64,000 bases of DNA from a virus: IMG/VR virus record IMGVR_UViG_3300031372_000005, positions 15,545 through 79,544 of that record. One strand, given 5' to 3'. The position numbers were made by a program, and so were the translations under genes. Shown here piece by piece: positions 63,649 through 64,000 of this stretch (the first letter of the stretch is position 1; each line of letters starts with the position of its first letter). The notes under the pieces were generated by a model. That model saw only the letters and a list, made by a program, of their open reading frames with translations, was not told the origin of the DNA and searched no databases.

Positions 63649-63839
63649 AAGACGGACAAGGGTTGTCACCTAAATACTAGATGGGCCACCACAAGCAGAA
63701 TGACGATGTGATGCTGTTCAGCGCCCATAAAAGCAAACAAGGCTGCTGTGAGTTGTTGGAAGAGGCTTATGGTGAGGATTGGTTTTTGGATGATAATTTC
63801 GAAGTAATTCTTGTAGAAATAAAACAGGTGAAATTGTGA
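63645..63839 (+). pseudogene. small ORF with in-frame TAG
   Basis: GAGG RBS; MKDGQGLSPKY*MGHHKQ...EIKQVKL; TAG at 63678. Confidence 0.45.
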
Positions 63840-64000
63840 ATCACACCTTCGCAAGCCACATCAAAAATACCTTGACATCAGCAGGCTATTCTGTCACAAA
63901 GAACACACAAGAGAAGTCGTGGGAATTAACAGATTCTGGTAAAGTAATCATGTACAATACATCCTTAGGTGTTCTTATGTACAAGGCGTCAAGGGAATTT
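63836..64000 (+). CDS. hypothetical protein, truncated by window end
   Basis: GTG start overlapping upstream TGA; open to the end of the window. Confidence 0.5.
   Translation, partial: MNHTFASHIKNTLTSAGYSVTKNTQEKSWELTDSGKVIMYNTSLGVLMYKASREF

Noticed and set aside
61590-63839. Alternative genetic code (stop-codon reassignment)
   Set aside because: All core genes are intact under the standard code, both TGA and TAG end real genes, and no suppressor tRNA is present in the window.
1639-63854. Numerous short antisense or alternate-frame ORFs in the track (e.g. 1639-2061, 3912-4157, 24188-24673, 50451-51272, 53866-54420, 60452-60742)
   Set aside because: They shadow well-supported genes or structured RNA, lack RBSs and show no protein-like motifs.
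1-64000. CRISPR or other repeat-spacer arrays, integrase, transposase
   Set aside because: No regularly spaced non-coding repeats or recombinase motifs seen; the visible repeats are coding (collagen, fibre).

Overview
This window is 64 kb of a lytic, contractile-tailed (myovirus) dsDNA phage of a Gram-negative host. The spanins support a Gram-negative host; Pseudomonas is a guess that the sequence cannot confirm. Layout: (i) 1-8.2 kb, + strand: a ~1.2-kb protein-free, densely structured RNA locus containing tRNA-His, then an accessory module (GH5 endoglucanase, collagen-like protein, repeat-rich fibre); (ii) 8.7-37.5 kb, + strand: terminase, head, tail, baseplate, tailspike/fibre and an expanded lysis cassette; (iii) 37.6-58.9 kb, - strand: nucleotide metabolism (nrdAB, thyX, MazG-like) and replication (family B polymerase, T7-like primase-helicase, SSB, exonucleases); (iv) 59-64 kb, + strand: small early genes and a second ~460-nt structured non-coding locus. 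About a dozen free-standing HNH/GIY-YIG genes are scattered throughout. The best novelty candidates are the two large structured ncRNAs, a cluster of hairpins exposing anti-Shine-Dalgarno-like UCUCC motifs, an apparent homing-endonuclease-linked replacement of a GH24 lysozyme by an unrelated muramidase, and two tandem spanin pairs. All folds and protein assignments were made by eye; no search or folding program was run.
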